Shown in pieces: positions 37,365 through 48,634 of a stretch of 64,000 nucleotides of DNA. A model generated the notes under the pieces. The model was given only the letters and a program-made list of their open reading frames with translations, had not been told where the DNA came from and did not search any database. The first letter of the stretch is position 1, and every line of letters begins with the position of its first letter. The stretch lies in assembly GCA_030390025.1 (NCBI GenBank), contig CM059425.1, forward strand, positions 171,990,001-172,054,000, in the 5' to 3' direction. Both the position numbers and the translations under genes were made by a program. This DNA is from Squalus acanthias (taxonomy: Eukaryota).

Positions 37365-38105
37365 CCCTATAAAGTATGAAGAGAGGAAATATAAACTAAA
37401 GGGTACAATTCTAAAGTGGGCGCACGAACAGAGAGACCTAGGGGTACATGTGCACAAATCATTGAAGGTGGCAGGGCAGGTTGAGAAAGCAGTTGAAAAA
37501 CTTATGGAATCCTGGGCTTCATGAATAGAGGTATAGAGTACAAAAACATGGAAATTATGATGAACCTTTATAAAACACTGGTTCGGCCTCAACTGGAGTA
37601 TTGTGTCCAATTCTTGGCACCGCACTTTAGGAAGGATGTGAAGGCCTTAGAGAGGGTGCAGAAAAGATTTACGAGTATGATTCCAGGGAATGAGGGACTT
37701 CAGTTACGTGGATAGACTGGAGAAGCTGGGGTTGTTCTCCTTAGAGCAGAGGAGATTTGATAGATGTGTTCAAAATCATGAGGGGTCTGGACAGAGTAGA
37801 TGGAGAGAAACTGTTCCCATTGGCAGAAGGGTCGAGAACCAGAGGACACAGATTTAAGGTGTTTGGCAGAAGAACCAAAGGCGACATGAGGAAAAACTTT
37901 TTTACTGAGCGAGTAGTTAGGATCTGGAATGCAATGCCTGAAAGGGTGGTGAGGCAGACTCAATCAGTGCTTTCAAAAGGGAGTTGGATAAGTACCTGAA
38001 GGAAAAAAATTTGCAAGGCTAGCTGAGCTGCTCTTGCAGAGAGCCAGCACGGGCTCGATGGGCCGAATGGCCTTCTTCCGTGCTGTAACCATTCTATGAT
38101 TCTAT
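37365..38105 (+). mobile_element. CR1 3' fragment
   Basis: LYKTLVRPQLEYCVQF, RTRGH..NFFTERVV; tail ATTCTATGATTCTAT. Confidence 0.9.
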
Positions 38106-38209
38106 TATTCATAACATAAATGTTTTGCATCCAGGAATGATTGTTAACTGTTCTCCAAATATATCAATATTTATTTTGATGACCAGAACTGAATAATATT
38201 TTACAAAAA

Positions 38210-38400
38210 AAAACCAAAAAGCCAGAAACACCCACGAGGTCAGCATCTGTTAAAAAACAGCAGGCATTTTTCCGTCTGTAAACCTGAAACGTCGATTGCT
38301 GTTTATCCACAGGTGCTGCCCTGACCTGCTGGGTGTTTCTGACTCCTTCTGTTTTTGTTTTCAGATTTCCAGTGTCTGCAGTTTTTTGTTTTTTTTTACT
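38210..38400. mobile_element. Miniature inverted PLE-terminus relic
   Basis: 38216-38250 is approximately the reverse complement of 38310-38350. Right arm retains ACCTGAAACGTC and the TTTCAGATTTCCAG tail seen at 51500-51540. Confidence 0.55.
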
Positions 38401-38609
38401 ATTTCACATGTGATCTTACTAACATATTGTACAATTTGTTTAATTTTCTTGAACTTGTACTTAGTGCTTCGACTGAAGTATCGCACTGCTCTATTTACTT
38501 TGCTCATCGTGTAACATAGTCAAGGCACATACCTTTTTCTCTGTGCAACAGTCTCAAAAATGTAACCATCTGTACTTACTTTCCCCCAACTCAAGTCACA
38601 TAAACTGTT

Positions 38610-39270
38610 GACTGGATTATGGAAAAGAATAACAGCATAAATGTAGGTGGTTTATCATGGATTGATCCACAAAGACTACATAATCTGGTCTACGCAGATT
38701 GAGACCACAGAAGAATTTCAAGATCTGATTTGTTAAATATGACAGCAAAAAACTTGGATTAACCATCAATGATCGGAAGACTCAGGTTACGAGGATCCAA
38801 ACTGCCAATAAGATGCCAATATGAGTTAAGAACTTACAGTTCAAAGATATGGATTGTTTTACTTATCAGGGAAGTAACAAAATAATCAGATTGAGACATA
38901 GGTGGTGAAGTAAGTTCTCACCTTGGAAAAGCAGCAGCTCTCTAAGGGAAGCTCAGCAAGATATTATGTTCTGAAGGATTAATGGTGAAAATAAGTCAGA
39001 ATGTTCAACTGCATTGTGTTTAATTGTTCTTCTATATGATGCCGAGTGCTGGAACTGTTTAAATAAAGTTATGAAATTTTGAAAGTGCCAAAGCAAAATA
39101 TGAGGAAAATTTTGAAGATCTAGGCACAACAAGTAACTGAATAGGAGGTAAGAAAAATAGGCAACTTTCTATGATAAAAAATTAAGATTATGTTGATGTA
39201 AATTCTGGTGAAGTGATGCCATGCAGAAAAATGATGGTGCCACGTCATTACTGCCCTTTGAGCCGATGCA
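38610..39270 (+). mobile_element. Ancient RTE-like LINE relic
   Basis: Decayed peptides GLTIN..KT, FTY, GKAAA, VLLYDAECW resemble the RTE RT C-terminal region. Confidence 0.4.
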
Positions 39271-39984
39271 AAGGTAAGGTTAAGCAATATAATCGTGACA
39301 TGAAAGATACATGTTAAAGACTAAAGGTAACCAAGTGGCACCAGCCACATAACCCATATACAGTGTAGACAAGAGTGAGCCATATCAAAATCTAATATTG
39401 TAAAATATTCCCATTTTACTTTTATGTTGGCATCTCACAGTTGTCTATTCTCTGTGAAACTGCAATTTTTAAAATAAAACTTGTCAGATTGTGCTCTTAT
39501 AAATTTTCACTTTCCATTTTGTCTATTGTGAAGCAAACAGTTTTTCATTACCAAGGGTCTCCTTGTGAAAATAACTCATCTTGATGTAAAAAAAGCTATT
39601 TTTTCATTAGTAAGAAAAAAGATGAAAAGGTACATTATATGTACTATTCAAACAACTGTTAGCCCTTGGGGAAATTATAAATTGAAAGATTTTTGTGTTT
39701 GAGCCTTTTTGTACGTACATGCATTTGTGAATATATGGTCCCAAAAAAACAAATGAGCAGCTACATTGCTGTAGTTTATCCTTGACTTTGTTGTTTAATA
39801 TTTTTTTACTGTAGTACACTAGCTCCTTAGTATTGACTTGGTAGAGACTGTAGGTCAGAAAACATTTGTTTCATAACTTAAATCCCAGTTTAACGAACAA
39901 GAGTATTTGGGCTTCCTCTCATGGACAAGTTTGCCACCTTCAGGTGGACAGAGGTCCCCTCTCACACAGTACAATGATGTGGAG

Positions 39985-40078
39985 ATGACGAAGGAGCAGC
40001 GCTCCGAAAGCTTGTGATTTCAAATAAAACTGTTGGACTATAACCTGGTGTTGTGCGACTTCTCACATTTGTCCACAC
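39985..40078 (+). mobile_element. Short PLE family-B 3' terminal fragment
   Basis: TGACGAAGGAGCAGCGCTCCGAAAGCTTGTGATTTCAAATAAAACTG.. matches 43005-43097. Confidence 0.8.
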
Positions 40079-40369
40079 AGTACAAGTTTGACTCTGAATG
40101 ACTGACCAAGGAGACACATTAATTGTATCTGTGGAGTTGTCCATGGCCTGGACTGCCCTGATAAGGACAGTGTGGTGTAATGGAGGGAAGATGAGAGCAG
40201 AGGAACTTGGAAGTAAGTAAAGGAATGAAAACTATGAGCCACAAAGAGGTGAAAAGTGCGAGATAAAATACAAATTATAATTTCAGTTCGGCTATTAAAA
40301 GGGATTTGAAAAACATAAGGTGAGTAAAACGGTTCAAGCGTGGGAGGGAATGCAACGGATTGGAATAAA

Positions 40370-41130
40370 ATGGAGAGACAACTGGGGTTTGTAGTTGCTG
40401 AAGTCACTGTTCAGTCCAAAGGGCTCCAGCATGCCAGGATAAAGTTCAGCTTATCTTCTTGAAGTTTTTGTTGATCTTGGTTGGAACAATTTAAGAGCTT
40501 CACATTCCATCCTATTGATCTCTGTATTCGCCAGATCATCTTGCACCACAGCTGCCATCCAGAGATGGTTCCATACCAAGCCCATTTTCCACTCCTACCC
40601 CCTCTGCTTTCTGGAGTGATAGTTGCCTGCATGACACTCTCATTCAATCGTCCATTACCTGTCACTCCCTTAGGCACTCTCCACTGCAACTGTAGCAGAT
40701 GCAAAACTGAATTGTTTGCTTCTTCATATACACTCTTTCCACATGAGACTGTGATTTACATGTGTTTCCCCCCAGTCAAGCAGACAGTATTCACAGCTTA
40801 TGGTCTGTTTGCCTCACAAGTGGGGTTAAGGTGACCTCTTTGCTGGACATCTCCATTTTGTTCACACGTGCACTTCTTACTTTCCTGTGGATTGCCATAT
40901 TAGCTCCACATTTTATTCCTACTCTGACTTTTCTGCCTCCAACCAAACTCAATGTAAACTTCCTCTCAGCACTCTGCGACTCTCTGATTATTTTTCCGCT
41001 ATTTTCTCCCACTTTTCATTTTCTTGCTGCTTTTCTAATCTTTCATCCCTCTTTATTACAGCCTGACTGAGATGAATTTTGTATTTCAGCCAGCACTTTT
41101 CACCTCTTTCCAGATTAAAAGAAAATCTCT
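40370..41130. mobile_element. Old degenerate PLE, apparently with an inverted 5' part
   Basis: 40380-40460 reads on the minus strand like a GIY-YIG C-terminus (..GGACTGAACAGTGACTTCAGCAAC). 40490-40980 resembles the PLE linker/GIY-YIG on the plus strand (CNCSRCKT). Confidence 0.45.
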
Positions 41131-42123
41131 TACAAACTATTATAATTTACAAGTTTTCATTCAACTTTCTTTATTTGTGTTCACTGCAAAATATAATTTG
41201 GATAGACTCACTTTTCTTATGATGAGAAACTTATACCTTTATGCATACTGTGAATAGAAAAACATGCCAGAGGATTAAAAAGTACTTTTTTCGTGTGATA
41301 TTTCGCACCAGAGGCTGCACAGGCTGCCCACCATGCACTCTTGTCCTTTCCAGAAGACAGAAAGCTGTCAGCTGTATCATGCAGGCTAAACTAGCATTTC
41401 TTTTTACAAGATTTGGAATTACATGTAAGCAACATCAATGTAGCTGAATAATCAGCAACACAAATGTTTCAGTTATACAATACTCTAAACTGTCTTGAAT
41501 TTTTTTTCAAGTATCTTTAACTGAGTCTTTGAAGATTGCAGTGTAGGCCCCACGGAGTTCTATCTCACTCCCGTGACAATGGAAACTGCAGAAATAATGA
41601 GAGTCAGCTGCATTTATACTATTAAAACAGGCTTTTGACACTTCATATCAAAGTAATTCTTCTCCCTATGCCATTGCACAGCAGGAGACTGGCTGACTGC
41701 CAATCGACAATACCAATAGTTATTTCTGGACAGAATTTGTGTATTTGGCTTTGTTTACCCCATACAAAGACACACAAATTCCTTACAGAATGACCAAACA
41801 GAAACCAGGTTTTGTTTGCCTCTTTCCCAAGATCCACAAACAGGACTGCCCTGGTAGACCCAGCGTTTCAGCCTGATCTTGCCCCACGGAACTTATTCAA
41901 GAACAACAGAAATAGGAGCAGGTTAAGGGCCATTTGGCCCTTCGAGCCTGTTCCGCCATTCAATAAGATCATGGCTGATCTTCTACCTCATCTCCACTTT
42001 CCTGCACGATCCCCATATCCCTTGATTCTCTTAATATTCAAAAATCTATCGATCTCTGTCTTGAATATACTCAAGTGAGAAGTCGCACAACACCAGGTTA
42101 TAGTCCAACAGTTTTATTTGAAA

Positions 42124-42161
42124 TCACAAGCTTTCGGAGCTGCTGCTCCTTCGTCAGGTGA
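42124..42161 (-). ncRNA. Minimal hammerhead ribozyme (left arm of PLE B)
   Basis: Reverse complement of 43001-43038. Confidence 0.75.
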
Positions 42162-43000
42162 AGTGAAGGAATACGAATCGGCAAAGCATATATAGACAGA
42201 GAACAATGCCTGTGTAGCGTACAATGTCAGACGACTACAGTTAATCTTTCTGACTGCCTTTTATCACACCTCAGCAGAGAAACAATCAGGTCAGTCAGGA
42301 AGGCATTATATCAAAGACATAGCAAGATACAACTAAGACAATGAGGTGGGGTCACAGGGGGTCTAATGTGTCAAATGCAGTCTGTATGGAAAACCATAAA
42401 CTTTAAACTTTTTACTTTTTTTTTACTGGAAATCACATCTGTGAACAAGCCAACGACGACTCGAGTCTGGATGACTCTACGTCATGTAGCATGACATGAA
42501 CCCAAGATCCCGGTTGAGGCCGTCCTCATGGATGCGGAACTTGGCCATCAGTTTCTGCTCGATGATTTTGCTTTGTTGCTCACGACAACGCAAAATCATC
42601 GAGCAGAAACTGATAGCCAAGTTCCGCACCCACGAGGACAGCCTCAACCGGGATCTTGGGTTCATGTCACGCTACATGACGTGGAGTCATCCAGACTCGA
42701 GTCGTCGTTGGCTTGTTCACAGATGTGATTTCCAGTAAAAGAAAAAGTAAAAAGTTTAAAGTTTATGGTTTTCCATACAGACTGCATTTGACGCATTAGA
42801 CCCCCTGTGACCCCACCTCATTGTCTTAGTTGTATCTTGCTATGTCTTTGATACAATGCCTTCCTGACTGACCTGATTGTTTCTCTGCCGAGGTGTGATA
42901 AAAGGCAGTCAGAAAGATTAACTGTAGTCGTCTGACATTGTACGCTGCACAGGCATTGTTCTCTGTCTATATATGCTTTGCCGATTCGTATTCCTTCACT

Positions 43001-43038
43001 TCACCTGACGAAGGAGCAGCAGCTCCGAAAGCTTGTGA
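43001..43038 (+). ncRNA. Minimal type I hammerhead ribozyme (right arm of PLE B)
   Basis: Stem I TCAC/GTGA; CTGACGA(A); stem II GGAGC-AGCA-GCTCC; GAAA; palindromic helix III AGCT; CUU triplet. Confidence 0.8.
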
Positions 43039-44559
43039 TTTCAAATAAAACTGTTGGACTATAACCTGGTGTTGTGCGACTTCTCACTTTTGTCCACCCC
43101 AGTCCAACACCGGCATCTCCGCATCTTGAATATACTCAACGACTGAGCATCCACAGCCCTCTGGGGTAGAGAATTCCAAAGATTCACCACCCTCTGAGTG
43201 AGGAAATTTCTCCTCATCTCAGTCCTAAATGGCCGACCCCTTATTCTGAGACTGTGACTCCTGGTTCTAGACTCCCCAGCCAGGGGAAACATCTTCCCTG
43301 CATCTACCCTGTCAGGCCCTGTAAGAATTTTGTATGTTTCAATGAGATCACCTCTCATTCTTCAAAACTCTAGAGAATATAGGCCTAGTCAACTCAATCT
43401 CTCCACATAGGAAAATCCCCCCATCCCAGGAACCAGTCTGGTGAACCTTCGCTGCACTCCCTCTATGACAAGTATATCCTTCCTTAGGTAAGGAGACCAA
43501 AACTGTACACAATACTCCAGGTGTGGTCTCACCAGGGCCCTATATAATTGCAGTAATCTTTACTCTTATACTCAAATCCTTTTGTAATAAAGGCTAACAT
43601 ATCATTTTCTTTCCCAATTGCTTGCTGTGCCTGCATGTTAACTTTCAGTGATTTGTGTACAAGGACACCCAGGTCCCTCCGAACACCAACATTTCCCAAT
43701 CTCTCACCATTTAAAATATTCTGTGCTTTTCTATTTTTCCTACCAAAATGGATAACTTCACATTATATTCCATTTGCCATGTTCTTTCCCACTCACTTAG
43801 CCTATCTATATCCCATTGAAGCCTCCTTGCATCCTCCTCACAACTTACATTCCCACCCAGCTTTGTATCATCAGCAAACTTGGATATGTTACATTTGGTC
43901 CCCTCATCCAAATCATTGATGTAGATTGCGAATAGCCGTAGCCCAAGCACTGATCCTTGCGGTATCCCACTAGTTACAGCCTGCCAACCCGAAAATGTCC
44001 TGTTTATTCCTACTCTCTGTTTTCTGTCTGTTAACCAATCCACAATCCATGCTAGTATATTGCCCCCAATCCCATGAGCCCTAATTTTGTTTGATAACCT
44101 CTTGTGTGGCACCTTATCGAATGCCTTCTGAAAATCTAAATACACCACATCCACTGGTTCCCCCTTATCTATTCTGCTAGTTACAACCTCAAAAAACTCT
44201 AACAGATTTGTCAAACACGATTTCCCTTTCATAAATCCGTGTTGACTCTGCCCAATCCAATTATTATTTTCTAAGTGCCCTGTTACCATGTCCTTAATAA
44301 TAGATTCTAGCATTTTCCCGACTACTGATGTCAGGCTAACTGGTCTGTAGTTCCCCGTTTTCTCTCTCCCTCCTTTTTTTAAATAGTGGGGTTACATTTG
44401 CCACCTTCCAATCCGCGGGAACTGTACTAGAATCTATGGAATTTTGGAAAATGACAACCAATGCATCTACTATCTCTATAGCCACCTCTTTTAAAACCCT
44501 AGGATGTAGGCCATCAGGTCCAGGGGATTTAACGGCTTTCAGTCCCATTCATTTCATTT

Positions 44560-45180
44560 CTTTCTATTTCTTCCTATCTCAACACTACTTTTTTCTCCCC
44601 TTGTTCAGTCTCTTCCCACCTACATCCACGACTCTTCCTATGGCCTCCGCCAATTTAACAGTTTCCAGTTTCCTGGCCCAAACTGTCTGCTTTTCACCTT
44701 GGACGTCCAATCCCTCTACACCTCCATCCCCCACCAGGACGGCCTGTGGGCCCTGCACTTCTTCCTTGAATGGAAGCCCAATGAGTCCCCATCCACCACC
44801 CTCTCCCGCCTGGCTGAACTTGTTCTTATATCGAACAACTTTTCCTTTGATTCCACTCACTTTCTCCAAATAAAAGGTGTTGCTATGGGAGCCTGTATGG
44901 GTCCTAGCTATGCCTGCCTTTTCATGGGATACGTGGAACATTCTTTGTTCCAGTCCTACACAGCTCCCCTCCCTCAGCTCCTTTTCCAGTACATTGATGA
45001 CTGTATTGGTGCCGCTTCCTGCTCTCGATCCGAAGTGGAAAGTTTCATCAACTTCGCTTCCAATTTCCACCCCTCCCTCGCCTTCACATGGTCTATCTCC
45101 AACTCTTCCCTTCCATTTCCTTCCTCGACTTATCTATCTCCAGTACTAGGGATAGGCTGTCAACCAATATCTACTAAAGC
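44560..45180 (+). pseudogene. Penelope-like reverse transcriptase fragment
   Basis: DVQSLYTSIPH, QIKGVAMGACMGPSYACLFMG, YIDD. Confidence 0.9.
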
Positions 45181-45189
45181 CCAGACTTT

Positions 45190-45300
45190 TTTTTTGTTCG
45201 TTCCGGGATGTGGGTGTCGCTGGCAAGGCCAGCATTTATTGCCCATCCCTAATTGCCCTTGAGAAGGTGGTGGTGAGCCACCTTTTTGAACCGCTGCAGT
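45190..45300 (-). mobile_element. Family-B LINE 3' tail
   Basis: GGGATGTGGGTGTCGCTGGCAAGGCCAGCATTTATTGCCCATCCC as at 5100 and 24465. Confidence 0.75.
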
Positions 45301-45304
45301 ACTT

Positions 45305-45890
45305 GTGGTGATGGAGCTGTACAAAACGCTAGTTAGGCCACAGCTGGAATACTGTGTGCAGTTCTGGTCGCCACACTATAGGAAGGATGTGATTGCATTG
45401 GAGAGGGGGCAGAGGAAATTCACCAGGATGTTATCTGGGCTGGAGCGTTTCAGCTGTGAAGGGAGACTGGACAGGATGGGGTTGTTTTCCTTAGAGCTGA
45501 GAAGGCTGAGGGGGAACCTGATTGAGGTGCACAAAATTATGAGGGGTATAGATAGGGTAGATAGAAAGGAATTTTTCCCCTTAGTAGAGGGGTCAATAAC
45601 CAGGGGGCATAGTTTCAAAGTAAGGGGCAGGAGGTGTAGAGGGGATTTGAGGAAATACTTTTTCACCCAGAGGGTGGTTGGAATCTGGAACTCACTGCCT
45701 GAAAGGGTGGTAGAGGCAGGAACCCTCACAACATTCAAGAAGCATTTAGATGAGCACTTGAAACGCCATAGCATTCAAGGCTACGGACCAAGTGCTGGAA
45801 AATGGGATTAAAATAGACAGGGCTTGATGGCCGGCGCGGACACGATGGGCCGAAGGGCCTCTTTCTGTGCTGTATAACTCTATGACTCTA
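45305..45890 (+). mobile_element. CR1 3' fragment, same subfamily as 32991-35892
   Basis: ORF 45305-45811 is nearly identical to the C-terminus of 32901-34331; tail ACTCTATGACTCTATG. Confidence 0.9.
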
Positions 45891-46975
45891 TGAGGGGTAA
45901 CATCCTCTCTGCATCTACCTTGTCGTGCCCCCTCAGTATCTTACATGTTTCAATAAGATCACCTCTCATTCTTCTAAATTCCAATGAGTATAGGCCCAGT
46001 CTGCTCAACCCCCTCATCTCTGGAATTAACCTAGTGAATCGTCTCTGAACTGCCTCCAATGCAAGTATATCCTTCCTTAAATAAGGAGCCCAAAACTGTA
46101 CGCAGTACTCAAGGTGTGGTCTCACCAATACCCTGTACAGTTGTAGCAGGACTTCCCTGCTTTTATACTCCAAACCCTTTGAAATAAAGGCCAACATTCC
46201 ATTTGCCTTTTTGATTACTTGCTGTACCTGCATGCTAACTTTTTGTGTTTCATGCACAAGGACCCCCAGGTCCCTCTGAACTGTACCATTTTGTAATCTC
46301 TCTCCATTTAAATAATAATTTGCTTTTTTATTTTTCCTGCCAAAGTGCATAACCTCGCACTTTCCTACATTATACTCCATCTGCCAAATGTTTGCCCACT
46401 CACTTAGCCTGTCTATATCCCTTTGCAGGTTCTTTGAGTCCTCTGCACAACTTGCTTTCCCACCCATCTTTGTATCATCCGCAAACTTGGCTGCATTACA
46501 CTCAGTCCCTTCATCCAAGTCAATGCAGATTTTAAATAGTTGAGGCCCCAGCACCAATCCCTGTGGCACCCCACTAGTTACCGTTTGCCAACCGGAAAAT
46601 GACCCATTTATCCCGACTCACTGCTTTCTGTTAGTTAGCCAATTCTCTATCCATGCTAATATATTACCCCCAATTCCGTGAGCTCTTATCTTATGCAGTA
46701 ACCTTTTATGTGGCACCTTATCGAATGCCTTCTGGAAATCCAAATACACCACATCCACTGGTTCACCTTTGTCCACCCTGCTCGTTACCTCCTCAAAGAA
46801 CTCCAGCAAGTTTGTTAAACATGATTTCACTTTCATAAAACCATGCTGACTCTGCTTGACTGCATTATGATTTTCCAAATGCCCTGCTACTGCTTCCTTA
46901 ATGAAGGACTCCAGCATTTTCCCAACGACAGATGTTAGGCTAACTGGTCTATAGTTTCCTGCTTTCTGTCTCCCT
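45890..46975 (-). mobile_element. CR1 RT fragment
   Basis: ORFs 46618-46917 and 45880-46569 carry RT motifs. Confidence 0.92.
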
Positions 46976-46989
46976 CTTACAATGATAAA

Positions 46990-47320
46990 TAAAAACAGAA
47001 AATACTGGAAATACTCAGCAGGTCAGGCAGCATCTGGGGAGAGAGAAACAGAGTTAACGTTTCAGATCAATGAACCTTTCGTCAGAACTTTAAAAGGTTA
47101 GAGATATAACCGGTTTTACGGAAGTGCAGAGGCAGGGAAAGGCGATGGGGGGAAGAACAATAGGGAAGATCTGTGATAGGTGGAAGGCAGCAGAGATTAA
47201 AAAACAAAAGGGATGATGGTGCGAGGCAAAAGGGGATGGTTATGTGACAAGTAAAGGAACAAAAGATGGAACTAGAAAAGGTGTAAATGGGAATAGCAGA
47301 ATCATCAACAGCTGCCATCC
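46990..47320 (-). mobile_element. PLE 3' terminal region (family A-related) with hammerhead at 47052-47089
   Basis: Minus strand AGTT CTGACGA AAGGTTCATTGATCT GAAACGTT AACT; flanks resemble 14208-14400. Confidence 0.8.
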
Positions 47321-47549
47321 CGAAAAGGTTGTGTGTATTTGCAACAACAAAGATCTGATTGGTCCCCTTGGAGGACAAGACACACCCTGCATTTTGTGTG
47401 GAATGTGTAATTAGATCCTGCCTGCCTGAGTAATCAAATGCTTTGCAATGTGTAATTTGAGCCATTCATTATGACTGCCAGGCTCCAGACACAGCTGACA
47501 GTACTGCTTTCAGAGAACAAAGAGGGCTCACTCTCGCAGGTTAGAACCT

Positions 47550-47900
47550 TCTCTGCCCCAAACAAGTTCCTGACCCCCTACAACAAGTTCCTGCCCTTCT
47601 CCCCACAACAAGTTCCTGACCTTTTCCCTCCCCAACAAGTTCCTGACCTCACCCCAGCCCCGCAAACGCCCCCACCCCACCCCCCCCCAAGTTCCTGACC
47701 TTCTCTCCCACCACCCCCCGGGTTCCTGACCTCCCCCCTGCCCATTCCTGACCTACTCTCCCCCCCCACCCCGGCTCGTTCCTGACCTTCTCCCCCACCG
47801 CCCCCCCACCAACCGGGTTCCTGACCTTCTCCCCGCCGCCCCCACCCACCCCCACACAAGTTGCTGACCTCCCCACCAACAAGTTCCTGACTGTCTCCCT
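47550..47900. repeat. C-rich minisatellite built on GTTCCTGACC units
   Basis: About 9-10 copies of (AA/GG)GTTCCTGACC separated by C-runs. Confidence 0.85.
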
Positions 47901-48229
47901 CCCCACGCTCCTACCACAGATGGGGCATTGTGTGTGGGTGACGGATTGTTAACAGGTTTATTGGGTAGGAAGTGAATAGTGATTGTCATGACTTCCGGAT
48001 TTTGTCCAGTCCAATGATGTCACTTGCCGCACATGCTTTCCGAGAAAATCAACCAGGTTTGCAGGGAGGAGAGGGAGAACATGGTGCGGGTGAAAAGGGG
48101 GTGAGGGTGGGGTTGGAAGAACATGATCCACGTCTAACAGATGGTGGCGAATGTGATCAGTCTTCCCATCTGGATCATGTTCTCGCTATCATTCCCCACC
48201 CCCCCCACCCCCCCGCCCCGAGCTCCTGA

Positions 48230-48620
48230 CCTCCTATCCCTCTTCAATCTCCTCTCCTCTCTACCCCCTCAGATCTTCTCTCGCCCCTCGATCCTCTTTC
48301 TCTCTGATCTCTGCTTTTATCCTGTTTCCTGCTTAGTTCTCCCCCTTCGATCCTCTCTCTCCCCTTTCCATCCTCTCTCTCACCCCTTCCGATCTTCCCC
48401 TTCGATCCCCTCTCCCCCTTTGATTCTCTCTCCCTCCCTTCAATTATCTCTCTCCCCCTTCGATCTCCCCCCTCGAACCTCTCTCTCCCCCTTCGATCTT
48501 CTCTCTCTCCCCCTTCGATCCTCTCTCTGTCTCCCCTTTGATCTTCTCTCTTTCCCCCTTCAATCCTCTCTCCTTCCCCCTTCGATCCTCTCTCCTCCCG
48601 GTCATCAACGGATCCCCTGA
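48230..48620. repeat. Pyrimidine-rich degenerate repeat (CCCCTTCGATC(C/T)TCTCT)
   Basis: Repeated CTTCGATC cores within CT tracts. Confidence 0.85.
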
Positions 48621-48634
48621 CCTTCTCTGCACGG

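Larger units (their letters stand above)
42075..43123. mobile_element. Fold-back (palindromic) Penelope-like element, family B
   Basis: Arms 42075-42571 and 42590-43087 are inverted with scattered substitutions. ~36-nt tail on the right arm only. 16-bp TSD TCTTGAATATACTCAA at 42059-42074 and 43124-43139. Centre encodes a GIY-YIG C-terminus, RKIIEQKLIAKFRTHED(G/S)LNRDLGF. Confidence 0.93.
41905..44550 (-). mobile_element. 5'-truncated CR1 LINE hosting fold-back PLE B
   Basis: RT ORFs 43711-44313, 44336-44548 and 43059-43358; 3' UTR at 41905-42074. Confidence 0.93.

Noticed and set aside
41230..41450. Possible additional exon(s) in unique sequence
   Set aside because: Splice-site pairs tried were not phase-compatible with the candidate gene and no recognisable peptide was found on either strand.
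14157..43139. Shared TTCAAG in the three PLE TSDs as a target-site motif
   Set aside because: Position and orientation relative to the element 3' end are inconsistent, and n=3.
47550..47900. Repeat-spacer pattern resembling CRISPR
   Set aside because: 10-bp units with irregular C-run spacers, eukaryotic context and no cas genes.
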